Positions 26,128 through 39,850 of a DNA stretch of 64,000 nucleotides are shown here, in pieces. Every line of letters starts with the position of its first letter. Positions within the stretch are counted from its first letter, which is position 1. The translations under genes and the position numbers were made by a program. This DNA is from Stegostoma tigrinum (taxonomy: Eukaryota), in the NCBI RefSeq assembly GCF_030684315.1, contig NC_081392.1, forward strand, positions 744,001 through 808,000. Direction: 5' to 3'. The notes under the pieces were generated by a model. The model ran no database searches. It was not told the origin of the DNA and worked only from the letters and a program-made list of their open reading frames with translations.

Positions 26128-29100
26128 ATGATTTATGGTGGAAAGAGGGACTGATAGAAGATTTGCCAGAAACAAAAGAGACTCGCGGTTGGTGTGTTGC
26201 CTCCCAGGTGCCAGGGTCTGTGATGTCTCAAATCGTGTCTTTGGGGTCCTGAAGGGAGAGGGTAACCAGTCCCAAGTCGTGGTCCACATAGGCACCAACA
26301 ACATATGTAGAAAGAGGGATACGGATGTCAGACAGGATTTCAGGGAGGTAGGGTGGAAGCTGAGAGCTGGAACAGAGTGGTTATCTCTGGTTTGTTACCG
26401 TTGCCATGTGATAGCGAGGCAAAGAACAGGGAGAGATTTCAGCTGAACACGTGGCTGCAGGGATGGTGCAGGAGGGAGGGCTTCAGGTACATGGACAATT
26501 GGGGCTCATTCTGGGGAAGGTGGGACCTCTACAAACAGGACGGTCTCCACTTGAACCAGAGGGGTACTAATATCCTGGGTGCGAAATTTGCTAGTGCCAT
26601 TCGGGTGGATTTAAACTACCTCAGAAGGGGGATGGGAAACTGAGGTGTAGTTCTAGTACATAGGAGGATGAGCGTAGGGAGGACATAGACAGGACCTCAC
26701 TGTCACAGGACTGTGCTGGCAGATAGCAAGCTGGATTGAAGTGTGTCTACTTTAACACCAGGAGTATCCGGAATAAGGTAGGTGAGCTTGCAGGATGAAT
26801 AGGTACCTGGGGCTTCGATGTTGTGGCCATTTTGGAGACATGGATGCAGCAGGGTCAGGAATGGATGTTGTAAGTTCCAGGGTTTAGATCTTTCATTAAG
26901 GTCAGGGAAGGTGGTAAAAGAGGGGGAGGTGTGGCATTGTTAGTCAAGGACAGTATAACGGTGGCTGAAAGAACTTTTGATGAGGACTCGTCTACTGAGG
27001 TGGTGTGGGCTGAGGTCAGAAACAGGAGAGGAGAGGTCACACTGCTGGGAGTTTTTTATAGGCCTCTGCAAAGTTCCAGGGATGTGGAGGAGAGGATTGG
27101 CAAAACTATTCTGGGCAGGAGTGAAAGGAACAAGGTTGTCATTATGGGAAACTTTAACTTCCCTAACATTGACTGGAAATGCTAAAACTCTGGTACATCG
27201 GATGGATCAGTTTTTGTCCAATGTGTGCAGGAGGGTTTCCTGACTCAGTATGTTGAAGAGCCAACAAGAGGGGAGGCCACACTGGATCTGGTACTTGGTA
27301 ATGAGCCAGGCCAAGTGTTTGATTTAGTGGTAGGTGAGCACTTTGGAGAGAGTGACCATAATTCGGTTATGTTTACTTTAGCGATGGAAAGGGATAGGAA
27401 CATGCCAAAGGGCAAGAGTTATAGATGGGGGAAGGGCAATTATAATGCAGAGAATGGGTTAGCAAAATGCAGGGGACGGGGACAATCGAAATGTGGAGCT
27501 GGTTGAAGGAACAGATATTGCGTCTCCTTGATAGGTATGTCCCTGTCAGGCAGGGAGGAAGCAATAAGGTAAGGGAACCATGGTTTACGAAAGAAATTAT
27601 ATCCCTTGTTAATCAGAAAAGGGAGGCTTATGTGACAATGAGACGAGATGGTTCGGATGAGGCGATGGAGAGTTACAGATTAGCTAGGAAGGATTTAAAG
27701 AGAGAGTTAAGAAGAGCAAGGACGGGACATGAGCAGACATTAGCAGGTAGAATAAAGGAGAACCCTAAAGCTTTCTATAGGTATGTGAGGAATACGAGGA
27801 TGACTAGGGTAGGAATAGGGCCAGTCAAAGGCAGAAGTTGGAAGTTGTGTGTGGACCCTGTGGAGATCGGAGAGGTGCAAAATGATTATTTCTCATCTGT
27901 TTTCACTGAGGAACAGGAGAATATTGCAGAGGAGATGACTGAGTTACGGGCTACTAGAATTGAAAGGATTAAGGTTAGTAAGGAGGAGGTGTTATCAATT
28001 CTAGAAGGTGTGAAATTAGATAAATCCCCTGGGCCAGATGGGATTTTTCCGAGGTTTGTCTGGGAAGCTAGGGAGGAGATGGCGGAGACCTGGGCCTTGA
28101 TCTTTGAGTCCTCACTGTCGACAGGTTTAGTATCAGAGGACTGGAGGATTGCAAATGTTGTGCCCTTGTTCAAGAAAGGCAGTAGGGATCACCCAGGTAA
28201 TTATAGACCTGTGAGCCTTATGTCTGTTGTAGGAAAGGTTTTGGAAAGGATTATAAGAGATAGGATTTATAACCATCTCGCAAGCAACAATTTGATTGGA
28301 GAAGGTTAGCATGGATTCGTCAAGGGCAGTTCATGTCTCACAAACCTCATTGAGTTTTTTGAGGTGACCAAGCATGTCACTGAGGGAAGGGCAGTTGACG
28401 TGGTGTACATGGACTTCAGTAAAGCCTTTGATAAGGTTCCACATGGTAGGCTATTGGAGAAAATACAGAGGCACGGGACTGAGGGAGATTTAGCAGTTTG
28501 GATTAGAAACTGGCTTCCTGTAAGAAGGCAACAAGTGGTGGTTGATAGAAAATATTCAGCCTGGAGTCAGATTACTAGTGGTGTGCCTCAAGGATCTGTT
28601 TTGGAACTGCTGCTGTTTGTTATTTTTATAAAAGACTTGGACGCAGGCACAGGTGGATGGGTTAGTAAGTTTGCAGGTGACACTAAAGTCAGTGGAGTGG
28701 TGGACAGTGTGGAAGAATGTTGCAGGTTGCAGGGAGACTTGGATAAACTGCGGAATTGGGCTGAAAGGTGGCAAATGGAGTTCAATGCAGATAAATGTGA
28801 GGTGATTCACTTTGGGAGGAATAATAGGAAGGCAGAATACCAGGTCAATGGTAAGATTCCTGGTAATGTGGATGTGCAGAGGGATCTTGGTGTCCGTGTA
28901 CATAGATCCCTGAAAGTTGCCACCCAGCTTGATAGTGCTGTTAAGAAGGCTTATGGTGTGTTAGGTTTTATTGATAGAGGGATTGAGTTCTGGAGCCGTG
29001 ATATCATGCTGCAACTGTACAAAACGCTAGTGCGGCCTCATTTGGAGTATTGCATGCAGTTCTGGTTGCCCCATTACAGGAAGGATGTGGCAGCATTGGA

Positions 29101-29573
29101 AAAGGTGCAGAGGAGATTTTCCAGGATGTTACCTGGTCTGGAACGCAGGCCCTATGAGGAAAGGCTGAGGGACTTGGGTCTTTTCTCATTGGAGAGAAGG
29201 AGGCTAAGAGGGGATTTAATAGAGACATACAAGATCATCACAGGATTAGATAGAGTGGACAGTGAGAGTCTTTTTCCAAGGATGATGACTTCAGATTGTA
29301 CAAGGGGGCATAGCTGCAAATTGAGGGGTGATATATTTAAGACAGATGTCAGAGGCAGGTTCTTTACTCAGAGAGTGGCAAGGGTGTGGAATGCCCTGCC
29401 TGCCAATGCAGTTAACTCAGCCACATTAGGGGCATTTAAATAGTCGTTGGATAAGCATATGGATGATGACAGGATAGTGTAGGGGGAGGCGGTTAGATTA
29501 GTTCACAGGTCGGCGCCACATCGAGGGCTGAAGGGCCTGTTCTGCGTTGTATTGTTCTATGTTCTATGTTCTA
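26128..29573 (+). mobile_element. Long CR1 LINE (esterase-type ORF1 fragment plus EN-RT ORF2) in C-beta intron 3
   Basis: ORF1-like CCLPGARV..VVVHIGTN..DGLHLN (SGNH esterase). ORF2 endonuclease (GNFNFP, SDHN) and RT (YMDFSKAFDKV, PQGSVL, KFAGD). Tail (GTTCTAT)n. Only a few stops and frameshifts. Confidence 0.95.
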
Positions 29574-29869
29574 AAGTGAGACAAAGGCTCTGGGGAAACT
29601 GCAAAGAACTGGTGCTACTTTTATTCCTGTTGTTCATCCCAAACTGCCCTTCAACTGAGTGACTTGCCATCCATTTCAGAGGGTGGTTTAGAGTCAACTG
29701 CATTTCTATGGATCTACAGTCACATATGGGCAAGGACGGCAAATTTCCTCCCCTGAATTACATCAGCTATTCATATCATATTAAAGACAGATTATCAGAC
29801 TAGTCTACCGCTCGGCTGCATATTCATGATTCTATGACAATAATATCAGCAATCTTTTTTTATCATTAG

Positions 29870-29896
29870 ACATCTTACAGCAAAAGATTTGACTGA
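29870..29896 (+). CDS. TRBC: C-beta exon 4 (cytoplasmic tail TSYSKRFD*)
   Basis: T-rich acceptor CTTTTTTTATCATTAG, phase 0 as exon 3 requires, short tail then TGA. AATAAA follows about 200 nt later. Confidence 0.8.
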   Translation, partial: TSYSKRFD

Positions 29897-30090
29897 TTAT
29901 CACAAAGCAATGAAGACAATGAACAGATGAATAGCAGAACATATGGACGAGAGGGAGAAGCAAGAAAAATGAATATTGTGTTTATCTATGGGGTGAATTT
30001 GATCCACCTCACCACTGTAAAAATAAGCACAATAACACTGTGGAAGATGAATGAAGGACATTTATACATCAGCTTATCATTTTCTGCTGA

Positions 30091-30096
30091 AATAAA
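30091..30096 (+). terminator. Probable C-beta polyadenylation signal
   Basis: AATAAA followed by GT/T-rich downstream sequence, about 195 nt after the stop codon. Confidence 0.6.
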
Positions 30097-33000
30097 TCTT
30101 TTCAGGGTCTTGATATGTCTTTGCTTTCTTGGGTCTGAATAGGTTAACTTTTGAAGAATACATAAAATTTTTCCAGTTTTTTGTGTTTACTTATCCATTA
30201 TCCATTATCTTTAAAACTTCATAGAGAATCATAGAACTCTTAAATCAAAATGGAAAACCAATCGGCCAAACATGAAAATACAGATATCCTTGAAATTTTT
30301 ATTACAAGACCATTTTTTACAATTAATTTCAGCTTTCCCATTTTTTGTGTGAAACTACATCACACACCTCCTGTGTCAGTCTATTAAACTATGTATATTG
30401 TTAAGCAAAATGGCAGATTGTAACTCAAATCTTGTTTAAAGCAACTCTTATCTCTTAAAGTACAAACTGTTATTGCTTTCTTTAGATTTCATCTTATCAG
30501 TTGCTGAAACTGAGATCCACATTGTCCATTATTTTTCATTAGTTTCTCAGTAAATCAGTTATTGACAGTTTTCTCATGATTTTGTCCTTTACTCATTTCT
30601 ATGTTTGTTCGATGCTTAAGAAATAAATAGAAAGTTTATACGATGAAAGCTATTGCTTTTTGTTATTATTTCAGTTCTTTCTTCTACACCATGCCTGGCC
30701 TTTCTGAGCATGTTCAAAGTGTGTAGTTGAACTTTTGCGAGGTGTTTGTTGGGTAACACTATCAAGGGATACTGATCAATGAGGTGTACATGTATCTGAG
30801 GTACAGAACTGCCATGATCTAACTGAATACCAGAACAGGTGTATGTAATCCTCCTGTTGCTGTGCAATACGCATTAAAGGGGTAAATCATCTCTTTCCAT
30901 TGCACCATAGCAGGCTTAAGGAGATTGAAAAAGACTTATTTTTAAATCAACCAACCATGCCAGTGCAAAAGACTTCAGGCAATTCCATCTTCTTTTTATT
31001 CACTTATGGGACTTGGGAGTCGCTGACAGGGCCTGCATTTATTGCCCATCCCTACTTTTCCTTGAGAAAATAGGGGTGAGCTGACTTCTTGAAGAGCTGC
31101 AGACCCACAATGCCTGTGGGAGGGAATTCTGGGATTTTTAACCCAGCAACAGTGAAGGAATAATGATATATTTCTAAGTCAGGAACATGACTGACTTCGA
31201 GGGAAAATTGTAGGTGGGAGTGTACCCATGTATTTGCTGCCCTTGTCCGATCAGACTGAAGTGTTTGTGGGCTTGGAAGCTGTAGTCTAAGGATCTTTAC
31301 TGAATTTCTGCAGTGCATTTTTCTGATAGTACAGACCAATGCTATTGATGGTGGAGGAAGTGAATGTGAGCCCAGTCAAGTAGTCTGACTTGTCCCGGAT
31401 GATGTCCAGCTCCTTGAATGTTGTTGGTACCACACCCATTCTGGTAAGTGGGAGCATTCTATCATACTCCTGATCTGTGCATTGTAGATAGTGGATAAAC
31501 TTTGGGAAGGGAGGCATTGTGGCTCAGAGATTAGCGCTGCTGTCTCAAAATTCCAGGGACCTGGAATTGATTCTAGCGTCAAGCAACTGTCTTGTGGAGT
31601 TTGCACGTTCTCCCTGAGTCTGTGTGGATTTACTGTAGGTGCTCCAGTTACTTCTCACAGTTCAAAGATGGGCAGTTGAGGTGGAATGGCGATGCTAAGT
31701 TGCCCAATAAGTCCAAAGATGTGCAGACTATGTGGGTTAGCCATGTGAAATGAATGGTTATGATAGGATAGGGGGTTGGGTCTGGGTTTAAAGCTCTTTG
31801 GAGACTCTGTGAGTTGGATGGGCCCTATGGCTTGCTCCCACTCTAGGGATTCAATGATTCTAATTCAGTAGGTGAGTTAGTCACCACAGAATTGCTCATC
31901 TCTGACCTGCTGTTTAGCCACTGTATTTATATGGTGAGTCCAATTGAGTTTCTGGTCAATGTAACCCCAGGATGTCAATAGAAGTGGATTCAGTGATGGT
32001 AACACCATTGAATATCAAGAAGGTGCGGTAAAATTGTCCCATAATGGAGATGGTACTTGCCTGGCATTTGTATGGCATGAATGTTACTTGCCGCTTGTCA
32101 GCCCACACCCGGATATTGTCCCATTCTTGTTGCATTTGAAAATGGGACTGCTTCAGTAGTTAATATTCCAGACCTAAGTGTACTGAATAGTTTATAACAT
32201 GACGTATTCAAGCAGGTTGCATGAATTCTCATTTCCATTTTACTGAAGCTGCAATATGTAATTCTGGGAATGAAATATTAAACCAATACCTCAGGAATTG
32301 GAGCTGTTTTCATTTAATCATGGAATATGCTCAACACTGCTAAAGTCAGCACATTTTAGCCATCCCTAAGGTCAGCACAAATGCTCAATGGTTAGCATTG
32401 CTGCCTCATAGCACCAGTGACCCAGGCTCTATTCCAGTTTTGGGTGACTGTGTGGATTTTGCACTTTCTCCCTGTCTCTGTGTGGCTTGCCGTTGGGTGT
32501 TCCGGGTTCCTCCCACAGTTCCAAGATGTGCATGTTATGTGGCTTGGCCATGCTAAATTGCCTAAAGAGTGCAGCAATGTGAATGGGAGAAGGTTTAGCC
32601 ATGGTAAATGCATGGTTATGGGAATGGAGTGCAGGGCTGGGATGCTCTTCAGTCAATGCAGACTAGAAGGGTTGAATGGTTTCTTTCCACAACTGTAAGG
32701 ATTCTAGATTCTAATTGTACTTGAAAAAGTGGCCCACGTTCAAACACAACTGAATTAGTGTTAGGGTATTTCAGAGGTACATTAAGTCTTACTATATGGC
32801 TAAGTGCTTGGAGGTATGTTAAGGCCACAATATGAAAGGCTGGCATATTTCTCTCAAACCAGATGGAATGAAGGAATTTGAATTCTGTCATCTGCAACCA
32901 CTATGCCACTGTAGACTCATATGCAATTTCATTAAGATATCTTTAATTTTTTTCTGGTTTTGGATCATTTATCTTCCCAATTATACACAGGACAAAGAAA

Positions 33001-36000
33001 CCACCTTTGTAAAAAGTTTCATTCAAATTGACAGTGGCCCAAACACCTCCAAGATAATGTCCAAGTGAGAAATTGGTAATCTCATAATCACAGAAGTGTT
33101 AATGGTGGAAGGATGCCATTCAGCCCATAATTTCTGCACCAACTTGTTGTATGAACATCATCACTTCATGTCATTCTACCATCAATTTCCTGGAACTCTG
33201 CACATTGTTTCTATTTAAATAATTATCCAATATCCACTTGAATGCCTCAGTTGACTCTTCCTCCACTACACTTCCAATGGCTATATTCCTTACACAATCT
33301 ACTCACTGAATGAAAAAGATTTTCCTCACTTCATCCTTGCTTGTTTTACAAATCACTATGTATCCATGCTCCTTCTGTTACTGTCTTCATTAACTATCTT
33401 TCCGGATTCTCCATAGAAGCATCTATTTCTTGCTCAAGCGTTCCTGCTGTGTCATGATTTCTACATTCTCAGTGTTCACTAATTCAGTAATTGCTCCAAA
33501 ATCTCCAGAAGAGTTATTATCAACTGGAAAAAAAATCTTAGATTATTTAATGACTACCTTCTTGCCTATCTTTCTGATCTCCCCAAAATGAGAAAGTATC
33601 TTTTCTTAGACCTATCCTGTTGAATACATTGGTGAATTTAACAGCACCTATCATGTTTCCATTCAGCCTTCTGTTCTCAATAGAAAAGTGAACAAGCCTT
33701 TACTGGTGGATTAACACTCCAAACTGACATAGTCTCTTGGATTTTATTTTAATAAATGTCTTCACAGGATGTTGACATCACTAGTTAGGCCAGCATTTAG
33801 TTCTCATCCCTAGTCATCCCGACTACAGTTATTCTGGAGTTGGACCAGCAAGGAAAGTAGGTTTTCTAACGAGTTTGATTTTGATTTATTGTCATCACGT
33901 GTACCAAGACACAGTGAAAAGTGTTATTTTATGTGCTATACAAGCAGATTGTACCATACAAAGTGCTTCAGGGTAGCAGAATTGAATGAGGAATAGAGTG
34001 TTAAAATTGCAGGAAAGGTGCAGAAATAGATCAACATTAATATTTAAGAGGTCTGCTCAAAAATCTGATAACAGCAGGGAAGAAGATATGCTTGAACTAA
34101 AACAGAAGTTGCTGGAAAAGGTCAGCAGGTCTGGCAGCATCCGTGAAGAGGGAATCAAAGAACTGAAGAAAGGTCACTGGAGCCGAAACATTTACTCTGA
34201 TTTTCTCTTCACAGCCGCTGCTGAGCTTTTCCAGCAACTTCTGATTTCGTTCCTGATTTACAGCACCCACAGTTCTTTTGGTTTTTATTAAGATGTGCTT
34301 GAATCTGTTCATATGTGTATTCAAACTTTTATGTCTCTTGCCCATTGGAAGGGGACAGGAGAAAGTATGACTGGATGGGAGGGGTCTTTGATTATATTGG
34401 TTGCTTTTCCAAGGCAGCAGGAAGAACAAATGAAGTCAATAATTGGGAGGCTGGTTTGCGTGATGGACTGGGCTGTGTTCACAATTCTGTAATTTCTTGC
34501 AGCCTAAGGCAGAGCAGTTGCCACACCATGCTGTGATACTTCCAAATAGGATGCTTTCTATGGTGCATCTTTTCTGTCGCTTTAACATGGGTGGACCAGG
34601 GCAAATTGCTGGTGACCAACATTCCCAGGACAGAAGCACAAAGGTTTAAATGGCAATCAGCGCATGACCACCATTAAGCCACCTTTTGATTCCCGATATT
34701 TATAAATTCAAACATGCTGCTGTGTAATGTGAATCCAGGTTCGCAGAACGTGAGCCATGTGTTCAACATTACTAACCCAGGAACATTACTGCTTTACCAT
34801 CACCTCCACACAAAGATCAAAGCATTCTCATGTACCAATTCAACATTTAGGCCTGCTTTACAACATTGTAAGCAGAACATGTTTTGAGAACTCATAACAC
34901 TCTCTATCGGGGATAGTAACTCTTTGATTCTGATTTCACTGTTACCCTCTTTGCTCCTATCTGTCCACTCCTCCAACACTGCGACCCATACCCCCCTCCC
35001 CCATATCCTAAAAGTCTTTGTCCCTGTATTCTCTTTTCCTAAATCTTGATTCTTTTTTTCTAAGTAACCTCCCCACTATCACTTTTTTTTTGTGAATTCC
35101 CTCTCTTTTTACTGAATCTTTGTTACTCTCTTCTGCTCCTATCTCTCTTGATATTTTTAACAATAAGTTCTCTCCCTTTCTTTCCCACCTGTCTCTCACA
35201 CACTTGCTTTTATCCTATCTACTGTTTCTTTACATTCTTTTCTGTCTCCATATTTCTCACCAGTTCTCTCAGATATAAGCATTCCACACAATCTTTCCAA
35301 ACCTGTTCTATCTATGTAACCTCCCCCTCTCATACTCTCTCTCTGCCTCACCCAATCTAACTCCTGTGAATGTCTGTCTTTCTTTCTCTCTCACTATATA
35401 TCCTGCCCTCTATTTTACTATTTTTCTATCCCTTACTTATTTCAATTCATTATTTCACTCATCGTCTCTCTCCTTCTCCGTCAATCTCTTTTTCTCTCTC
35501 TGACTTTATATCTTTCCCTTTCTCATTTGCCTTCCTCATGCCCTCTGCCTTTCTTGCTAAACTCAAAACTAATCTCTTCTCTCCATACACTTGTCTACAT
35601 ACACATCTAATTCTTCACTTCAACCAACACACAAGGTCCACCAACAGGACTGGATGGCCCAATGACATTGTTGCTAATGTTCTGCCATCTGATGCTTGAA
35701 TATCACCATGACAGATTGTGGAACTTGAATTCAATATTGAAAATCTGGAATTAAAAATCTAATGTAACTATGATTGTTGGGGAAGGAGGTTGCTATCTGT
35801 ACCTGGTCCGGTCCTCATGTGACTCCAGATTCCCTTCTGGGCAATTAGGGATGGGCAATAAATGCTGGCCTGGCCAGTAATGCTAACACTCTGTGAATTA
35901 AATTAAAAATAATAGTAACTTTGGAAGAAGTCGATGATGGAAAGCAGTATCAATCAAAAATTAATGAACATTCTCAGCTGGGGTGGGTAGAGGAATGTAA

Positions 36001-36159
36001 TTTTAGTTTTGTCAAAGCATTTCGCTGTTTGTGTGCCAAAGCTAACAACAAGGCAATAATGTGTTTTGACATTAAAACTCTAGCTCAATATTATTTCCAT
36101 TGCTTGATCAGACAACTCTGGAATAACTAACTGAAAGCAAGATTTGATCTGGGGTTTAG

Positions 36160-36380
36160 AGTTCAGGTGGGTGGGGGAAAGGTAACATCATGCAGCTGCA
36201 CAGAAAAATATATTGAACGGAAGTCGTGGGATCTGAGCTTTCAAACTGCACAGCACAGCTTTTGACTGATAGGCCCACCACACATGGTTTTGAAAGTAGG
36301 TCATCGCACCCAAGTTTCATTCTGCGGTATAACGGAATGGGGCCAGCTGCAGTTGTGGTGCTCTCTGTTTAGAGATAGTG
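36160..36380. promoter_or_regulatory. Candidate TCR-beta enhancer module A
   Basis: Runx motifs at 36277, 36323, 36354; Ets at 36218, 36333; E-boxes at 36164, 36193, 36281, 36344, 36350; GATA at 36267, 36373. Confidence 0.45.
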
Positions 36381-36789
36381 ACTGAGATAACAAGGTGTAG
36401 AGCTGGATGAACACAGCAGGCCAAGCAGCATCAGAGAAGTAGGAAAGCTGACGTTTCAGGTCTGGACCCTTCCTACTATCACTGTGCCTGAGTTAGTGCT
36501 TCCTCTTCTCCTCCTAGGTGATAAAAATCCCTAAGTTCCCGCACCTGCAACCCTCATGCAAAGTAATGTGTTGTTGGGCACCTTCAACAGACTCATTGAA
36601 GGACACTGCAGCTGAATTTCCACCTCTAACATTTCATTTATTCATTTGTTATGCTCCCCATCTTCAGTTTGTTTTTGTTTCCACTTATCATTCTTTCCAT
36701 ATTTTGTGTTCCATACTTTTTGTATTTCAACCTTTCCTTGTCTGTCTTTTATTTTTTTTCATTGTTATAACATATTCTTCACCTCTATT

Positions 36790-37312
36790 TGGTATGTCCA
36801 ACTTCTACAGATGCACCATTGAAAGCATACTGCCCAGTGGTGTAATGGTCTGGTATGGCTACTGTTTTGCCCAGGACTGTAAGAAACTACAGAAGGCAGT
36901 GCACACAGCCCAGACCAACACTGAAGCCAACCTTCCATCCATGGGCTCTGTTTATGTGGCTCGCTGCCATGGAAAGGCTGCCAACAACATCAATGACCCT
37001 TTTCACCCCAGTAATGATTTCCTACAACCACTTCCTTCAGGCAGAAGCCTGAACACACACATTAGCAGGTTCAGAAACCCCTTCTTCCTGGCTGTTATTA
37101 GACTGATGAATGGACATTCTAGCCTCAAATAATGATGATTTTACTAACATTGATCTTGCCGAGCGCACACCCTGTGCAGTGTAACCTGTATGCCTCTGTC
37201 TAAGTTGTTTTTATCAGTACATCCTTGTTTACTATGATCTTCCTGTTTTGCTCATAAACAAATCTTTTCACTGTACGTTAGTACACCTAAAAATAATTCA
37301 ATCATTCAATCA
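36790..37312 (+). mobile_element. Rex1/Babar-like LINE 3' fragment
   Basis: NFYRCTIESIL..VWYG..DCKKLQ C-terminal domain and (ATTCA)n tail. A related minus-strand copy lies at about 33870-34575. Confidence 0.75.
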
Positions 37313-39649
37313 GCCTACCTTATTCTTTCCTTTGGTTCTTTGCCTTTGTTACACTTCCTTTCTTATTGTCATTCCACCTCTTTTTCCTTAACCATTCTTC
37401 TCCTTATCTTCGCAACTTCTTTCTTCATATCTCTGATTCTTTTCACTTGCTCATTGTCCTTTTATTCCTCTTCACTTCCTCTCTTTATTCATGACATTCC
37501 TTCAATTAACTTTCCCAAATTCATCCAAACAATTCATTTCCAGCTGTCTTTCATTTCTCCTTCCCTTCTATTCTCACAGAACACAAGATGATCAAAAAAG
37601 AACCTTTGCTATTCCCTGCAGTCTGTTGTGTTCTCCGCTCAGCCTTTGAAATGAGATGGACAGATAGATGGATGTTTAATAAAGAAAAATGACCTAAATG
37701 TTGATTCTAAAATGCCTTCATAATTAGTCACCAATCCTGAATATGCTCAATAATTTTGGCCAACAAAATTTATTCATCAAAGATGAGCAAGAAATATATT
37801 TCGTTTTCTCACTCTCTCACACTCATTAAAAATATATACATTTAATGGAATTATATCCAATGTCAGGCACCACAGTGTGGGAAAGTTCTTCAGGGTTTGC
37901 AAGGCCTGTATTCACTGGAAGGAGAGAAGATCTAATTGAGATATATAAATGTTAAAGGATATTGACGATGTAGATAATAGAGCAGATGTTTACCCTAATG
38001 GGTAATCTTGAATGAGAGTTTTAGGCTGAATGGTGCCCGATTTAAGCACAAATGAAGAGGAATTTCTTCTCACAAATGGTCATGAATCTGTGGAATTCAT
38101 TACCTTAGAATTTAATGGATGCTGGGATATTGATTAAATTTAACAAGGAGATAGGTGGATTTTAATTCATGAATTAAACAGTTATTGGGAATGACCAACA
38201 AAGTCGACTTGAAATCTTGATGAGGTCTGTCATGATCAGATTGAATGTAGGGCAGGATCAAGTGGTTGAATTCTCTACTCTTATTCCTAGTTCTTCTGAC
38301 TTTATGTTATTTAAGTATGCACAGGGGGTGTACAGGAATGGTACCAATGCTGAGGAACTTTTGTTTTGAAGAGAGAGTGGGGCTATTTAAATGTTCTCCT
38401 CTTAGCAGCAGATATGTTCAAAAGTGACTAAGGAGCTCAAAACTAATGATGCTTTAGATAAGGATGTTAAGGAGAAGCTCTTCCACTATCATTACTTACA
38501 GTAACCCAAGGGTCCAAGTTTAAAGCCATTGCCAAAGTAGCCAGAGGTGAAATGTGGCAAATCAATTACATAGCTAGTTGTGATAATCCGCAAAGAATTT
38601 CCTGAAACATGTGGGAAATAGATTAAATAGTCACTCTAAAAAACAAAGGTCATAGTTATTTGAATATGAAAACACTTCCAGGGTTATGTATTAACTGCAC
38701 TGAACATGGGGTGGAGAGTGGTGGTAGGGCGTGGTGAGTGCAGCTAATATTATAGCGCTTTCAAAGATAATACACAAGTATTATCCTTCTGTGATGTATG
38801 AATTTCTGACCAGAATTTGAAGGTTGCCACTCATTATTTACATCTAAGCAATAATTAGTGTTTTCTGTGAATTAATTCCTTATTGTGACAGACAGGGAAC
38901 CAGGTCATCCTTCATAATAACTTACGTGCAGATGTACAAAAAGATAGATTGCACTGATAGGTTTTCAACTTGCTATTCAATTATTTTCACTTAAAGGCAA
39001 AGCACATAGAGATAGGAAATGGTATTGAGCCAATCATTTCCATTTGCTAGCCAATTTACATTTTAGTTTTATATATCTGCTGGGCCCATGATACTTACAA
39101 ATATTACTGGAATTCATGAAAAATCTTTGGTTTCAACATTGTCAATCAATCCCTAATCTTATTAGTGGGAAATGTTGGCATATTCCCATTAACCTTTGCG
39201 TGAGGACACTCATCCTGGCATCACCCCTGGGTGGTCTAGTTCTTGAGAGAAAGTGTTTCCATCTATTTTTCCAATCAAATTAGTAAATCATCATAAATAC
39301 CTATAGCTGATCACTCCTAATCTTCTACGCTCTAGGGAATGAAAAAGCAGAAATAAATGTAACTCGGCTGTTGCATTTGTTTCTGTCTTGATCATTTGGT
39401 TATTCATACATAGAGAGCATCCAGCAGAGGAAGCACACTCTCTATAATGCAGTAATAGCATGGTAAGCACTGAAAGAACTCATTGAGGTGTTTGAATCCT
39501 GCTTTTTTAAAGAGAAATGCTGTTGGTCCCACATCTACTATCTACCATATCGATTGTTATCTTGAATTCCTATGGCGTTTTTCTTCTCTGTTCTGTTTGA
39601 ACATTCTACCTTGGGGAAAATAAGTTTTGTCAAAAATGGCAACAACATA

Positions 39650-39850
39650 GCGCAGAGATAGGAAACAAAGCAGCCAGGATGTGCAGTTATAAGTGCAGTT
39701 GCCGATGTATTTTTCAACAAAAGAAGACAAACAATACAAAAACAGCCGGATGTGTGGTTTCAAAGACAAACGAATCAGACTATCACACAAAATTTGCTGC
39801 AACCTACATGCACTGACTGTTTTTATCCTATAGTACAATTGTGGCTTGAA
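39650..39850. promoter_or_regulatory. Candidate TCR-beta enhancer module B
   Basis: CCGGATGTGTGGTTTCAAAG (Ets-Runx-TCF composite, 39746-39765), CAGGATGT at 39675, AACAAAG at 39664, Myb-like CAGTTR twice, GATA at 39656. Confidence 0.5.
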
